Of a stretch of 64,000 nucleotides of DNA, positions 38,939 through 47,468 are shown piece after piece (the stretch's first letter is position 1; each line of letters begins with the position of its first letter). The stretch is from an uncultured Candidatus Saccharibacteria bacterium (GTDB lineage Bacteria; Patescibacteriota; Minisyncoccia; UBA6257). A program made the position numbers and the translations under genes. Under the pieces are notes generated by a model, which was not told the DNA's origin, searched no databases, and was given only the letters and a program-made list of their open reading frames with translations. The DNA is taken from NCBI GenBank assembly GCA_964479005.1, contig CAYZJA010000001.1, positions 160,001-224,000 on the forward strand. Direction: 5' to 3'.

Positions 38939-40138
38939 ATGACAAAACGCAAATGGACTAAAGAAGATGACGAATATCTTATCCAACATAGTCCGAAACA
39001 ACGGGGAGATTATGGGAAGTTGGCTATCAAACTTGATAGAACAGTAGAAGCAGTGAGGTATAGGTGTAGAAATCTAAAATTGGAAAATGTCCAAAAGAAT
39101 AGTCAGGCACAGAGAACAGATGTTCCATTAGAAGATAGGATTTACGAATTGCTTTCACATTCCAAAAAACATTCTATTGAGGAGCTAAGTAATACATTTG
39201 ATATTTGTGTAGGAAAGGTTAAAGAAGCATTAGGTGTATTACAGAGCAGACGGATTTTAATAGACGCAATAGATGACAAAATTGTTTTAGGGAATACGAT
39301 TAAACCACCAAAAGCCACTCCAATTCCGATGAAGATTTATCATAATAGGTGGATTAAGTTTGGAGTAATCAGTGATACTCATTTGAACTCCAAATATCAA
39401 AGATTGGATATTTTAAACCACGCTTATAAAATCTTTCAGAAAGAAGGAGTGAAGAATGTTCTACACGCTGGGAATATTATAGATGGTTATGGTAGATTAA
39501 ATCAGTTTGATGTATTTAACATCGGGACAGAAGACCAAATCAACTATTGTATTGAAACCTATCCTTGTAAGCAAGGGATTACTACTCACTTCATTACTGC
39601 TGATGATCACGAGGGATGGATTGTAAGGAGAGAACACATTAACATCGGAGAATTACTTGAACTCAAAGCTAACAAAATGGGTAGAAAAGATTTGAAACAT
39701 TTAGGATATATTGAAAGTGATGTGTTAGTTAAAGTTGGAAGCAAACCTACAAGAATTAGAGTATTCCATCCTGGCGGAGGCACAGCATATTCTCTTTCTT
39801 ATAAACCTCAGAAGATTGTTGAGTCCTTACAGGGTGGAGAAAAACCTGATATATTATTAGTCGGACATTTTCATAAACTCGGACATTTTGAATGGCGGAA
39901 TGTGGAAGTGTTATTGACTGGTTGTATAGAAGACCAAACTCCATTTATGAGAAAGAAACATATTGCTGCTCATCTTGGTTTCTATATTGTGAAAGCCCAT
40001 ATTGCTCCTGACGGTTCTGTCAATAGATTCATTCCAGAAAAGATTAGCTATTACGATAGGAAATATTATACCAGCAGAGCTTGGAAGAAAACTCCTACCA
40101 GTTTTGAAAAACCTATTGAATGGTTTTACAAGTGGTAA
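38939..40138 (+). CDS. Myb/SANT-like HTH + winged-helix fused to calcineurin-like metallophosphoesterase (phage-type)
   Basis: N-terminal 'KWTKEDDEYLIQH...GDYGKLAIKLDRTVEAVRYRC'. Phosphoesterase motifs 'GVISDTHL', 'HAGNIIDG', 'LLVGHFHK'. Consensus SD 'AAGGAGGTG' upstream. Confidence 0.6.
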   Translation: MTKRKWTKEDDEYLIQHSPKQRGDYGKLAIKLDRTVEAVRYRCRNLKLENVQKNSQAQRTDVPLEDRIYELLSHSKKHSIEELSNTFDICVGKVKEALGVLQSRRILIDAIDDKIVLGNTIKPPKATPIPMKIYHNRWIKFGVISDTHLNSKYQRLDILNHAYKIFQKEGVKNVLHAGNIIDGYGRLNQFDVFNIGTEDQINYCIETYPCKQGITTHFITADDHEGWIVRREHINIGELLELKANKMGRKDLKHLGYIESDVLVKVGSKPTRIRVFHPGGGTAYSLSYKPQKIVESLQGGEKPDILLVGHFHKLGHFEWRNVEVLLTGCIEDQTPFMRKKHIAAHLGFYIVKAHIAPDGSVNRFIPEKISYYDRKYYTSRAWKKTPTSFEKPIEWFYKW

Positions 40139-40208
40139 GTATTCGCTCTTAAAACAAAACGGGGTGTCTTAAACACAGACACCCCTAATCTCACAGGAGG
40201 TGATTTTG

Positions 40209-40781
40209 ATGAAAATCTTAATCGATTTGGACGGAACAGTATTTGAGACTTACGACACTTTAGAAGAAAAGTTTGTCCAGAAATTTAATCGCAAAATGAA
40301 CTGGCAGGCGCTGAAAAGCGGCAAGAATCATTACTGGCAAACAGATGGGGGTAAGTGGATAGTCAAGCAATTCAAAGACCCAAACTTTTATTACAATTTA
40401 GAAACTTATCCTGATGCTCCCAAAGTGTTAAGGCAACTTGCCCGAAAACATACAATCATATATTGTACCGCGAGGAGGTTTGGATTAGAAAATGCCACCT
40501 CCTATTCGCTTGGTTATAGAAAACTGCCATTCGGGAAGGTATATTGTATTGGCAGGAGACACATTGCGGGGGTTAAAAAGAGAATTGCCTTAGATGAAAA
40601 AATTGACCTTGCTATTGATGATGAATCAAAAGTGGTAGAAAAACTTTCTGAAGTCTGTCAAGTTTTGATATTTACTCAGAATTATAATAAAGGTTGTAAA
40701 TTCGGTAAGAGAGTAAAATCTTGGAAGGAGGTGCGTCATGAATTACAAGCAAAGAAAAGAAATAATAGAACAAGCAAATAA
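40209..40781 (+). CDS. 5'(3')-deoxyribonucleotidase-like HAD protein (NT5C family)
   Basis: 'MKILIDLDGTVFETYD' DxDGT at the N-terminus, ~190 aa, with SD 'CAGGAGGTG'. ATG 40209 is preferred over the track start 40200. Confidence 0.5.
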   Translation: MKILIDLDGTVFETYDTLEEKFVQKFNRKMNWQALKSGKNHYWQTDGGKWIVKQFKDPNFYYNLETYPDAPKVLRQLARKHTIIYCTARRFGLENATSYSLGYRKLPFGKVYCIGRRHIAGVKKRIALDEKIDLAIDDESKVVEKLSEVCQVLIFTQNYNKGCKFGKRVKSWKEVRHELQAKKRNNRTSK

Positions 40782-41073
40782 AAGACGTCAATCCTTAATG
40801 CTTAATAAAGGAAAAGAATATTCAAAGGGTAATGCCGATATTAATTATAACTTTAAAGAAGTTGCTGATAGATTAGGCACTCGTCTTGCTGGAACTCCTG
40901 AATATACTTGTTTAGTTTATTTATTCAAACAGATTTTATCAATAGAGAAATGGGCAAGAGATGGAAAGTTAAGTTCAGGGGAAACAATTTTTTCAAGATT
41001 AGATGATGCCAGAAACTACATGGATATTTTAGAAAGTCTGATAAGAGAAAAATCCGATGTACAAGGAAGGTGA
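40738..41073 (+). CDS. hypothetical protein (111 aa)
   Basis: An ORF with SD 'GGAAGGAGGTG' that overlaps the upstream gene. Confidence 0.45.
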   Translation: MNYKQRKEIIEQANKRRQSLMLNKGKEYSKGNADINYNFKEVADRLGTRLAGTPEYTCLVYLFKQILSIEKWARDGKLSSGETIFSRLDDARNYMDILESLIREKSDVQGR

Positions 41074-41077
41074 TGGT

Positions 41078-41224
41078 ATGGAAATTCAGAATGTTTACTG
41101 TTTGATTAAGATTACTTGTGTTGTGATTATTGTAGTAGGATTTTTCGCAATTGTTCAATTACATCTTAAAAGAGAAAAGCAAAGGATACGGGATTATTAT
41201 AAAAGAGGAGGTGATAAGCGATGA
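41078..41224 (+). CDS. small membrane protein (48 aa), holin-like size
   Basis: Manual ORF 'MEIQNVYCLIKITCVVIIVVGFFAIVQLHLKREKQRIRDYYKRGGDKR' with one TM and a charged C-terminus. ATGA overlap with the next gene. Confidence 0.35.
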   Translation: MEIQNVYCLIKITCVVIIVVGFFAIVQLHLKREKQRIRDYYKRGGDKR

Positions 41225-42303
41225 AAAAACTACTCGTAGTATTGATTTGTTTGTTTCTATTAGTTCCAACTGTAATTTCTGCACCAGTTGAAAGATTAAG
41301 TGTAGGAGATTTTACTCGTGCAGTAACGGCTCAGATAGTCTGTAATGTTGATGTGTATAGACGGGATTTAACCTGGTATAAGATTGAGGATGGTCAGGTG
41401 ATCCCTGAATTCAAAGATTTAGATGAAGATGACTGGGCATATCAATGGTTAAAGAAAGGCTGGTTCGTGGTATATGGCGAATGGAATACAGAACCTCGCA
41501 AAGGTAAGATAATGGGTTCTGGTGAAGTATTATATTCCTGGTTATTACCTATGGGGATTAACTTAGAAGGTAAACCTGCTGCAACTTATGTAGGCACAAA
41601 TGCCCATGTGGTAGATGTATTTATGTTAGAAGCCAGTAGGGGTTCAAGAGATAAACCATTAGACCTATATGCCGAGAAGGACACGATGAAGACAATGAAT
41701 ATGCTTAGAACGACTTATAAAGAAGAGGCTAAACCAATAGCCCAGTATTACTTTGATATAGATAACAGTTATATCACTGTAAAGACCGAAGCAGACCAAA
41801 GATTTAGAACTAAAGTTAACATCGTATTGTTTGACATAGCATTAGATTTTGCCTTATTGGAAATGGAAAATGTTTTAGGTCTGCCTTATGTGAGTTTTAG
41901 AGGCACTCCTATACAGGTTGGCGAAACGATTAAAATCTGTGGAGCACCATTAGGATTTGCTTTTAGTAGAGACGAAGGACGAGTAAGTCAAGTTCACTTA
42001 AATCTCGGAACTGATGGAGTGGAAGATTATATTGTATGGGATAACCAAGTGCGTATGGATATTGCTGCTGCACCAGGAAGTTCGGGTAGTGCGATATTTG
42101 ATAAAGATGGCTATATGATTGCCCAATTACACGGAATAATGGTTCACAACGGCAACTATATTCAAGGCGGACAATTAGCAGTAGACCAAGAAGATATAAT
42201 TCGTTTTCTGGTGTTAAATGGTTTTTCGTGGATAGTTCAAAATCCTTATGGAATTTGGGCTAACGCACCATATAATACAGTCCGACCAAAAGTAGGAGAA
42301 TAG
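41221..42303 (+). CDS. secreted trypsin-like (S1/Trypsin_2) serine protease
   Basis: Signal peptide 'MKKLLVVLICLFLLVPTVISAP'. Catalytic His 'GTNAHVV', Asp 'DFALLEME' and Ser 'APGSSGSAIFD'. SD 'GAGGAGGTG'. Confidence 0.6.
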   Translation: MKKLLVVLICLFLLVPTVISAPVERLSVGDFTRAVTAQIVCNVDVYRRDLTWYKIEDGQVIPEFKDLDEDDWAYQWLKKGWFVVYGEWNTEPRKGKIMGSGEVLYSWLLPMGINLEGKPAATYVGTNAHVVDVFMLEASRGSRDKPLDLYAEKDTMKTMNMLRTTYKEEAKPIAQYYFDIDNSYITVKTEADQRFRTKVNIVLFDIALDFALLEMENVLGLPYVSFRGTPIQVGETIKICGAPLGFAFSRDEGRVSQVHLNLGTDGVEDYIVWDNQVRMDIAAAPGSSGSAIFDKDGYMIAQLHGIMVHNGNYIQGGQLAVDQEDIIRFLVLNGFSWIVQNPYGIWANAPYNTVRPKVGE

Positions 42304-42380
42304 AAATGAGAATTAACGCAGAGGGGGCTTACCTTGATGGTTTCTAAAAGTCCCCCTCCAGCTGTATGGAGGTGATTAAG

Positions 42381-42530
42381 ATGAGGTGGTTATTACTCAC
42401 ATTTGCAATATCTACTATCATATCTTTTGTAGGATTTGTGAATTGTAAAATGGAAAAGGAGAAAGATTGGTTTATTGCGTTATTGGTTTCTGCAACATTA
42501 GTTGTATTGATGTTTGTTGAATTATCTTAG
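42381..42530 (+). CDS. small two-TM membrane protein (49 aa)
   Basis: Manual ORF 'MRWLLLTFAISTIISFVGFVNCKMEKEKDWFIALLVSATLVVLMFVELS' with SD 'GGAGGTG'. Confidence 0.35.
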   Translation: MRWLLLTFAISTIISFVGFVNCKMEKEKDWFIALLVSATLVVLMFVELS

Positions 42531-42545
42531 GGGGAGGTGATAGAG

Positions 42546-42893
42546 ATGAAGAAACGAAGAAAAAAGCAAAAAGTTAAGAGAGAAGTTTTAAAGAAAATTG
42601 TTAGAGAGAAAAAGGTTTGTTATTTCTGTGGAACTACCGAGAATATAACCGAGCATCACATAATTTTTAAGTGTTTCATTAAAGGCGGAGAGTTACCAAA
42701 TAACAAGAAAGACATTTGTGATAAGTGCCACAAGCAGTTTCATAAATTAGCAAAACCTGTTGTGGATTTACTCTTATCGGTAATTCAAGGATTACAACCG
42801 AAACCAACTCGGAAAATAGGATTCATAAGAACGAACAACAAAGGAGGCGAAAGAAATGAGAAACATAAAAAGATGTCTATTGTTCTATCCTGA
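42546..42893 (+). CDS. HNH endonuclease
   Basis: 'CYFCGTTENITEHHII...NKKDICDKCHKQFH' is an HNH/CxxC..CxxH pattern, with SD 'GGGGGAGGTG'. Confidence 0.6.
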   Translation: MKKRRKKQKVKREVLKKIVREKKVCYFCGTTENITEHHIIFKCFIKGGELPNNKKDICDKCHKQFHKLAKPVVDLLLSVIQGLQPKPTRKIGFIRTNNKGGERNEKHKKMSIVLS

Positions 42894-43080
42894 CATACTG
42901 CCAGCTTTACCTTGTTCTTATCCCGATGAGGATAAATGCGGTAGATATATGAAAATCTATCGTAGAAGTAAGAACAGAAAACAGGCAATAGTTCTTTGCT
43001 CACATCGGGTTAAAGAATTAGGTAGAAAGACTTGTGTCAGAGAACAAATGAAACTCAAAGATTCTACAATTTACAGGTAG
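42856..43080 (+). CDS. small Cys-rich protein, paralog A (74 aa)
   Basis: 'C...P.LPCSYPDEDKCGRY...CSHRVKELGRKTC' shares a motif with 43436..43630. Confidence 0.45.
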   Translation: MRNIKRCLLFYPDILPALPCSYPDEDKCGRYMKIYRRSKNRKQAIVLCSHRVKELGRKTCVREQMKLKDSTIYR

Positions 43081-43113
43081 AATTCTCAAAGCCATTAGAA
43101 GGAGGGAGAAGAA

Positions 43114-43275
43114 ATGAAAACAAGAATAGTAGTAATTGTAGAAAATGAAATATCTTATTCAGTAAATGATTTTACCAGAATGGAACTCAAAGTTTTCAAG
43201 AAAAGGATTAAGGAACAGATAGAAGAGAAATTGTTAGCAGGTTGGAAAGTGATAAAAATAAAAATTAGGAGGTAA
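43114..43275 (+). CDS. small hypothetical protein (53 aa)
   Basis: Manual ORF 'MKTRIVVIVENEISYSVNDFTRMELKVFKKRIKEQIEEKLLAGWKVIKIKIRR' with SD 'AGGAGGGAG'. Confidence 0.35.
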   Translation: MKTRIVVIVENEISYSVNDFTRMELKVFKKRIKEQIEEKLLAGWKVIKIKIRR

Positions 43276-43281
43276 GAAGTA

Positions 43282-43422
43282 ATGAGAATAACAAGAGAAG
43301 AGCTCGTAAAACAAGGATGGTCATTTATGAGAAGAATAAGCAGAAATTGCGAAATCTGGACAAGAGAAGAAGGAATGATCCTATGGAATAGAGAAACATT
43401 AAAGGTTTATGTGATATGTTAG
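43282..43422 (+). CDS. small hypothetical protein (46 aa)
   Basis: Manual ORF 'MRITREELVKQGWSFMRRISRNCEIWTREEGMILWNRETLKVYVIC' with SD 'TAGGAGGTAA'. Confidence 0.3.
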   Translation: MRITREELVKQGWSFMRRISRNCEIWTREEGMILWNRETLKVYVIC

Positions 43423-43435
43423 GAGGTAAAAAGAA

Positions 43436-43630
43436 ATGAGAGATATTTATCGTTGTCCGATTATGTGGAAACTTTTAAAGAAAGCAACTCCTTGTGCGTA
43501 TCCTGATGTTGAAAAATGTGGAAGAGTTGGTGGCTCTTTCCTTTGTAAATATCGGATAGCTGAAATAGGTAAAAAGAATTGCCTTAAAGAAGTTGCTGAG
43601 TTGAAAGATTTTGCTAAAACTCTCAAATAA
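43436..43630 (+). CDS. small Cys-rich protein, paralog B (64 aa)
   Basis: 'C..PCAYPDVEKCGRV..C......GKKNC' with SD 'TAGGAGGTAAA'. Followed by the hairpin GGCAAGAG..CTCTTGCC at 43639-43662. Confidence 0.45.
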   Translation: MRDIYRCPIMWKLLKKATPCAYPDVEKCGRVGGSFLCKYRIAEIGKKNCLKEVAELKDFAKTLK

Positions 43631-43794
43631 AAGCCAATGGCAAGAGGGCTATATCTCTTGCCACTCTCTCGGAGGGTATTTGTAGATGTTGTTCAAAATC
43701 ACATAAGTCCCATTTTTCTACAAGTATCTTCCGAGAGGGTAATTTCCTCAAACTAATAAAGGTCTTTAAAAAATAATCATAAATAAATATAAAT

Positions 43795-43995
43795 ATGAAA
43801 TTTTGGAAACCTCTCACAAAATACAGATATAGCAAAGAGAGAAATGAAGTTAAATATCATACTGATTTTATGCTTGATAAAGAAGAAGGATTTGAATTAA
43901 GATTTGCGGACTTTATGTTTAAGGAAAAAGTTCCAAAAGATAAGGTTTGGAAATGTCATCTTGAGCTTGCTGTGGAGGAATTTAATGAAAAATAA
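43795..43995 (+). CDS. hypothetical protein (66 aa)
   Basis: An ORF with no recognisable motif and no SD. Confidence 0.3.
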   Translation: MKFWKPLTKYRYSKERNEVKYHTDFMLDKEEGFELRFADFMFKEKVPKDKVWKCHLELAVEEFNEK

Positions 43996-44103
43996 AACAA
44001 CCAAAAAACATTGTGCGTTACATTATAAATCTAAATAAACTTAGTTATATTATTTTAATAGATTAAAACAATTTTTAAATTTTACGAATTAGAATATGTT
44101 CCA

Positions 44104-44556
44104 ATGTTCCAAATATCCGAAGAAAAATTAAAAAAGATAAGAACGGTAGAAATTGCCATCAATAAGAATTTATTTTTAATTTGTATTGTTATTTCAGTAA
44201 TAACAATGAGTATTTTAGGAATAGAATTTTTTAGCCATAGAATCTTTCCTTCTTCTAAAATAAGTTTTTTTTACATTGGGATTTTGTTGATTTATTCTAT
44301 TCATAAGGAAATGTTGAGATGGGTAGGAGCAAAAAGAATAGAAAGGCAAGGTGAGTGGTTTGTTTATTTTTGGATCGGATTTACTATCATCTTATATGTT
44401 ATTAATTTCTCTACAAAAGGTTATTTTAATTATCCTTTAGGAAATACATCATCGGAATCGCTTAATCAAATTGCCGTTACTACTTTAGAAATCTGCGGCA
44501 TTTTTATTGTTTCTAGATTATCTAAGATGGCAAAGATTATTTTGGAAAAAAGATAA
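44104..44556 (+). CDS. hypothetical multi-TM membrane protein
   Basis: About four hydrophobic helices and no SD. Confidence 0.45.
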   Translation: MFQISEEKLKKIRTVEIAINKNLFLICIVISVITMSILGIEFFSHRIFPSSKISFFYIGILLIYSIHKEMLRWVGAKRIERQGEWFVYFWIGFTIILYVINFSTKGYFNYPLGNTSSESLNQIAVTTLEICGIFIVSRLSKMAKIILEKR

Positions 44557-44624
44557 TAATAATATTCTAAGATAGAACATTTTTTGTATTTTGAAAATTA
44601 AAAAGAGAGGAGGTGGACAATTTG

Positions 44625-45258
44625 ATGAAATTATTAAGAGTTTTTTTTGTCAGCTTTTGGGAAAGGAATTATAACTTTGGTTCCAATCTTAATTATTTTC
44701 TGGTTACTTGGACTTTTTTTGGGAGAAAATATGATAACTATGCGAGATATCATATTTTCTATTTTAAGGGGATTACTTCCTAGGGGGATGGTAGTGCAAG
44801 AGTGGATGATTGGTTTAGGATTGATTTTAACTATTCTGTTTGTCGGTTTAATTTCTTCATCAATTTTCAAAAGAATCTACGCCTGTACAGGTAGATTAAT
44901 AGGTAAATTAATCCAAAAATCATTAACAGGGAAAATAAAAGAACAATATCAGGATCAGGGTATGGTGATATTTGAGTTTAGGGAAGGAATATGGATTCCA
45001 GGAATTATAGTTGGATATATAGCAGGAAGTGAAAAACTTAAGGGTGGAAAATTTTTGAGAATCTTTATTCCCAATGTACCCATACCTTTAACTGGATTTT
45101 CACCTATTTTTGTGCAAGAAAGCAAAGTGATACATATCGATCTTCCGGTTGATGAGGTACTTAATATGTATATTTCAGCTGGGATATTAGGCCCTAAAAG
45201 ACTCCCAGAAATAGTCAGGGAATTAGAGAAAAGAGAAATAATATCAAAAATAGACTAG
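44625..45258 (+). CDS. DUF502/COG2928-like membrane protein; ATG 44625 is out of frame with the main ORF (TTG 44647) across a T8 tract
   Basis: A strong SD 'GAGGAGGTG' sits 8 nt before ATG 44625. Removing one T from TTTTTTTT (44641-44648) gives 'MKLLRVFLSAFGKGIITLVPILIIFWLL', which resembles (from memory) the DUF502 N-terminus 'MK.LR..FL.GLL.LLPL.IT'. Confidence 0.5.
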
Positions 45259-45272
45259 TAGAGACTTTTAAA

Positions 45273-45311
45273 GGCGGTCTCAATATTTATCTGAGAACCG
45301 CCCTTTTTTTT
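45273..45311 (+). terminator. rho-independent terminator
   Basis: GGCGGTCTC-(11 nt)-GAGAACCGCC followed by CTTTTTTTT. Confidence 0.7.
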
Positions 45312-45346
45312 GGTATAAGAAAACTCTAATCTATACCAGGGATGGA

Positions 45347-45375
45347 TTGACTAACAAGATTATTAGTGGTATAAT
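45347..45375 (+). promoter_or_regulatory. sigma-70 promoter TTGACT-17-TGgTATAAT
   Basis: Consensus spacing with an extended -10, located 58 nt upstream of ATG 45433. Confidence 0.5.
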
Positions 45376-45432
45376 TGGATTACTCTACTTAGTACTCTTG
45401 AAAATTTTAAAAAAAGGAGGAAAAAGAAAAAG

Positions 45433-45675
45433 ATGAAAAGGATATTATTTGAAAAGAACGCTAAAAGAATTACAAAGGCAGTAGCAGAATTTGTTGCAGA
45501 AGAATTTAAGCCTTTGAGGGAAGGGGATAAGATAAAAAAGATAGGAGAGCTGTTAAAGGGTTTTGAAGACACAAAAAAAATAAATGGAAATTTTTTTGTT
45601 GTTCTTCGATTACCTGAAGGGACAGAAGCAGCAATTGACTTACAAGGAAGACTTTATGACTTAAATGAAATTTGA
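45433..45675 (+). CDS. hypothetical protein (80 aa)
   Basis: SD 'AAAGGAGGAAAAAG'. No motif recognised. Confidence 0.45.
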   Translation: MKRILFEKNAKRITKAVAEFVAEEFKPLREGDKIKKIGELLKGFEDTKKINGNFFVVLRLPEGTEAAIDLQGRLYDLNEI

Positions 45676-45703
45676 TTTTAGGCAATAGGAGGCGAAAAAC
45701 ATA

Positions 45704-45787
45704 ATGACAGTAACTACATTTTCAGAATTCTTGCCCTGGTTTGTAATAATGATCGGAGTGTATTTTTTATCTCTTTGGATAAAATAA
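45704..45787 (+). CDS. small membrane peptide (27 aa)
   Basis: Manual ORF 'MTVTTFSEFLPWFVIMIGVYFLSLWIK' with SD 'TAGGAGGCG'. Confidence 0.3.
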   Translation: MTVTTFSEFLPWFVIMIGVYFLSLWIK

Positions 45788-45793
45788 GACAAC

Positions 45794-45839
45794 AAAACCG
45801 CTTAGAAGGTTGCATAAGTGTAACTGGACAAGCGGTTTT
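45794..45839 (+). terminator. long hairpin AAAACCGCTT...AAGCGGTTTT (10-bp stem, 26-nt loop)
   Basis: An inverted repeat immediately after the small-peptide gene. It marks the right edge of the SD-rich island. Confidence 0.4.
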
Positions 45840-45889
45840 AAATTGCTATATTCGCTTTTTTGTGATATAATTTTAGAACAAAAATACTT

Positions 45890-47461
45890 ATGGATATTCT
45901 CAAAAACATATACAAAGAATTTATTAAAAGGCGGGTTATTGTTATTATCGGCGCTATTATTTTATTAGTAATTTATTTGTTCTTTTTTAGAAATAACAAA
46001 GAACCAGAATATAACTTAGCAATAGCTGAGAGAGGATCTATAAGAGAAGAGGTTTCAGTTACAGGTAAAATAGAAGCTATTGAAAACATAGATTTGTCTT
46101 TTAGGGCTACAGGAAATGTATCCCAAGTTTTAATTGAAACTGGAAGTGAGGTTAAAAAAGGTCAAGTTTTAGCTAGTTTAGAAAATAATGATTTATGGGC
46201 TCAATTAAGACAAGCTAAAGCTAATTTAGAGGCTGAAAAAGCTAAATTAGATGAATTAGAAAAAGGAACCAGACAAGAAACAATTAATATTAAACAGACA
46301 GAGCTTTCTAAAGCCCAACAAGACTTAGATAATTATTATTTGGATATCTTAGATGTCTTAAATGATTCTTATGCTAAAGCTGAAGAAGCTATCAAAATAA
46401 AAATCAAGGATATCTTTTTAGGAGCAGAAGCGGCAAATAGCTATATATTGAATTTTGATACTTGCGTGTCTAATGAGATATCTTCAGATGTTGGATATTC
46501 ACGATTAGTATCTGAGAGGGAGCTTAAAGAATGGAAAAATCAATTATCCATAATTAACATTAATTCTTCCAAAGAGGAATTAAATTTGGCAATAAAGAAT
46601 GCAAAAGAATATACGGTTTCTTTTAAAGATTTTTTTGGAAAATTAAATAATATTTTATTAGCAGATTGTTCTTATAGTAATCCTAACCTTGATGTTTATA
46701 GAATTGATACAAATACTGGTAGAAATCTTATTATTACCGCGATAACTAATATTAATAATTTAGAACAGAGTGTTGCCTCTCAAAAATTATTAGTTGAAAA
46801 AACACAAAACGAATTAGATCTTTTGTTAGCCGGTTCTACAAAAGAACAAATTATTACCCAACAAGCAAAAGTAGAATATGCTGAAGCTGATATAGCTAAT
46901 CGTTATGCGCTAATTGAAAAAACCATTATTCGCGCCCCAATAGATGGTTTTATAGCCAAAAAAGAAATAAAAAAAGGTGAGGTAGTATTGGCAAATGTTT
47001 CAGTAGTTAGTCTTATGGCAGAAAAAGGATTACAGATTAAAACATATGTTCCTGAGGTTGACGTTTCTAAAGTTAAGGTAGGGGATAGAGTTTTGATAAC
47101 TTTAGACGCTTTTCCTCGAAAAGAATTTTTTGGAGAAATAATACATATTGATTCTGCTGAGACGATTGTTGATGGTGTAGTTTATTATAAAGTAAAAAGT
47201 ACAATTGATACTAAAGATACTAATATTAAATCAGGGATGACTGCTGATATTATTATTATCACCGATTCAAAAGAAGATGCTTTGATTATTCCAAGAAGAG
47301 CTGTGATAGAAAAAGAGGGAAAGAGCATGGTAAGAATTCCTGTTAATGGGGATTTTCAAGAAATTGAAGTTGAAACAGGCTTAGTAGGCTCTGATGGAAA
47401 TATTGAAATCATATCTGGATTAAAAGAAGATGATAAAGTAATTACTTTTATCAAAAAATGA
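45890..47461 (+). CDS. HlyD/MacA-family efflux periplasmic adaptor
   Basis: N-terminal TM, long coiled-coil 'LRQAKANLEAEKAKLDELEKG' and beta-barrel/lipoyl-like segments. Confidence 0.75.
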   Translation: MDILKNIYKEFIKRRVIVIIGAIILLVIYLFFFRNNKEPEYNLAIAERGSIREEVSVTGKIEAIENIDLSFRATGNVSQVLIETGSEVKKGQVLASLENNDLWAQLRQAKANLEAEKAKLDELEKGTRQETINIKQTELSKAQQDLDNYYLDILDVLNDSYAKAEEAIKIKIKDIFLGAEAANSYILNFDTCVSNEISSDVGYSRLVSERELKEWKNQLSIININSSKEELNLAIKNAKEYTVSFKDFFGKLNNILLADCSYSNPNLDVYRIDTNTGRNLIITAITNINNLEQSVASQKLLVEKTQNELDLLLAGSTKEQIITQQAKVEYAEADIANRYALIEKTIIRAPIDGFIAKKEIKKGEVVLANVSVVSLMAEKGLQIKTYVPEVDVSKVKVGDRVLITLDAFPRKEFFGEIIHIDSAETIVDGVVYYKVKSTIDTKDTNIKSGMTADIIIITDSKEDALIIPRRAVIEKEGKSMVRIPVNGDFQEIEVETGLVGSDGNIEIISGLKEDDKVITFIKK

Positions 47462-47468
47462 TAACTCT

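Noticed and set aside
40161-40185. Perfect hairpin GGGGTGTC-ttaaacaca-GACACCCC between the phosphoesterase and NT5C genes, as a terminator.
   Set aside because: No T-run follows it and the downstream gene has an SD 10 nt later. It is more likely an intercistronic stabilising or processing structure than a terminator. I kept it as a note only.
43623-43835. Minus-strand ORF 43623..43835.
   Set aside because: It spans the hairpin-rich non-coding spacer at the island edge. It has no SD and an implausible sequence.
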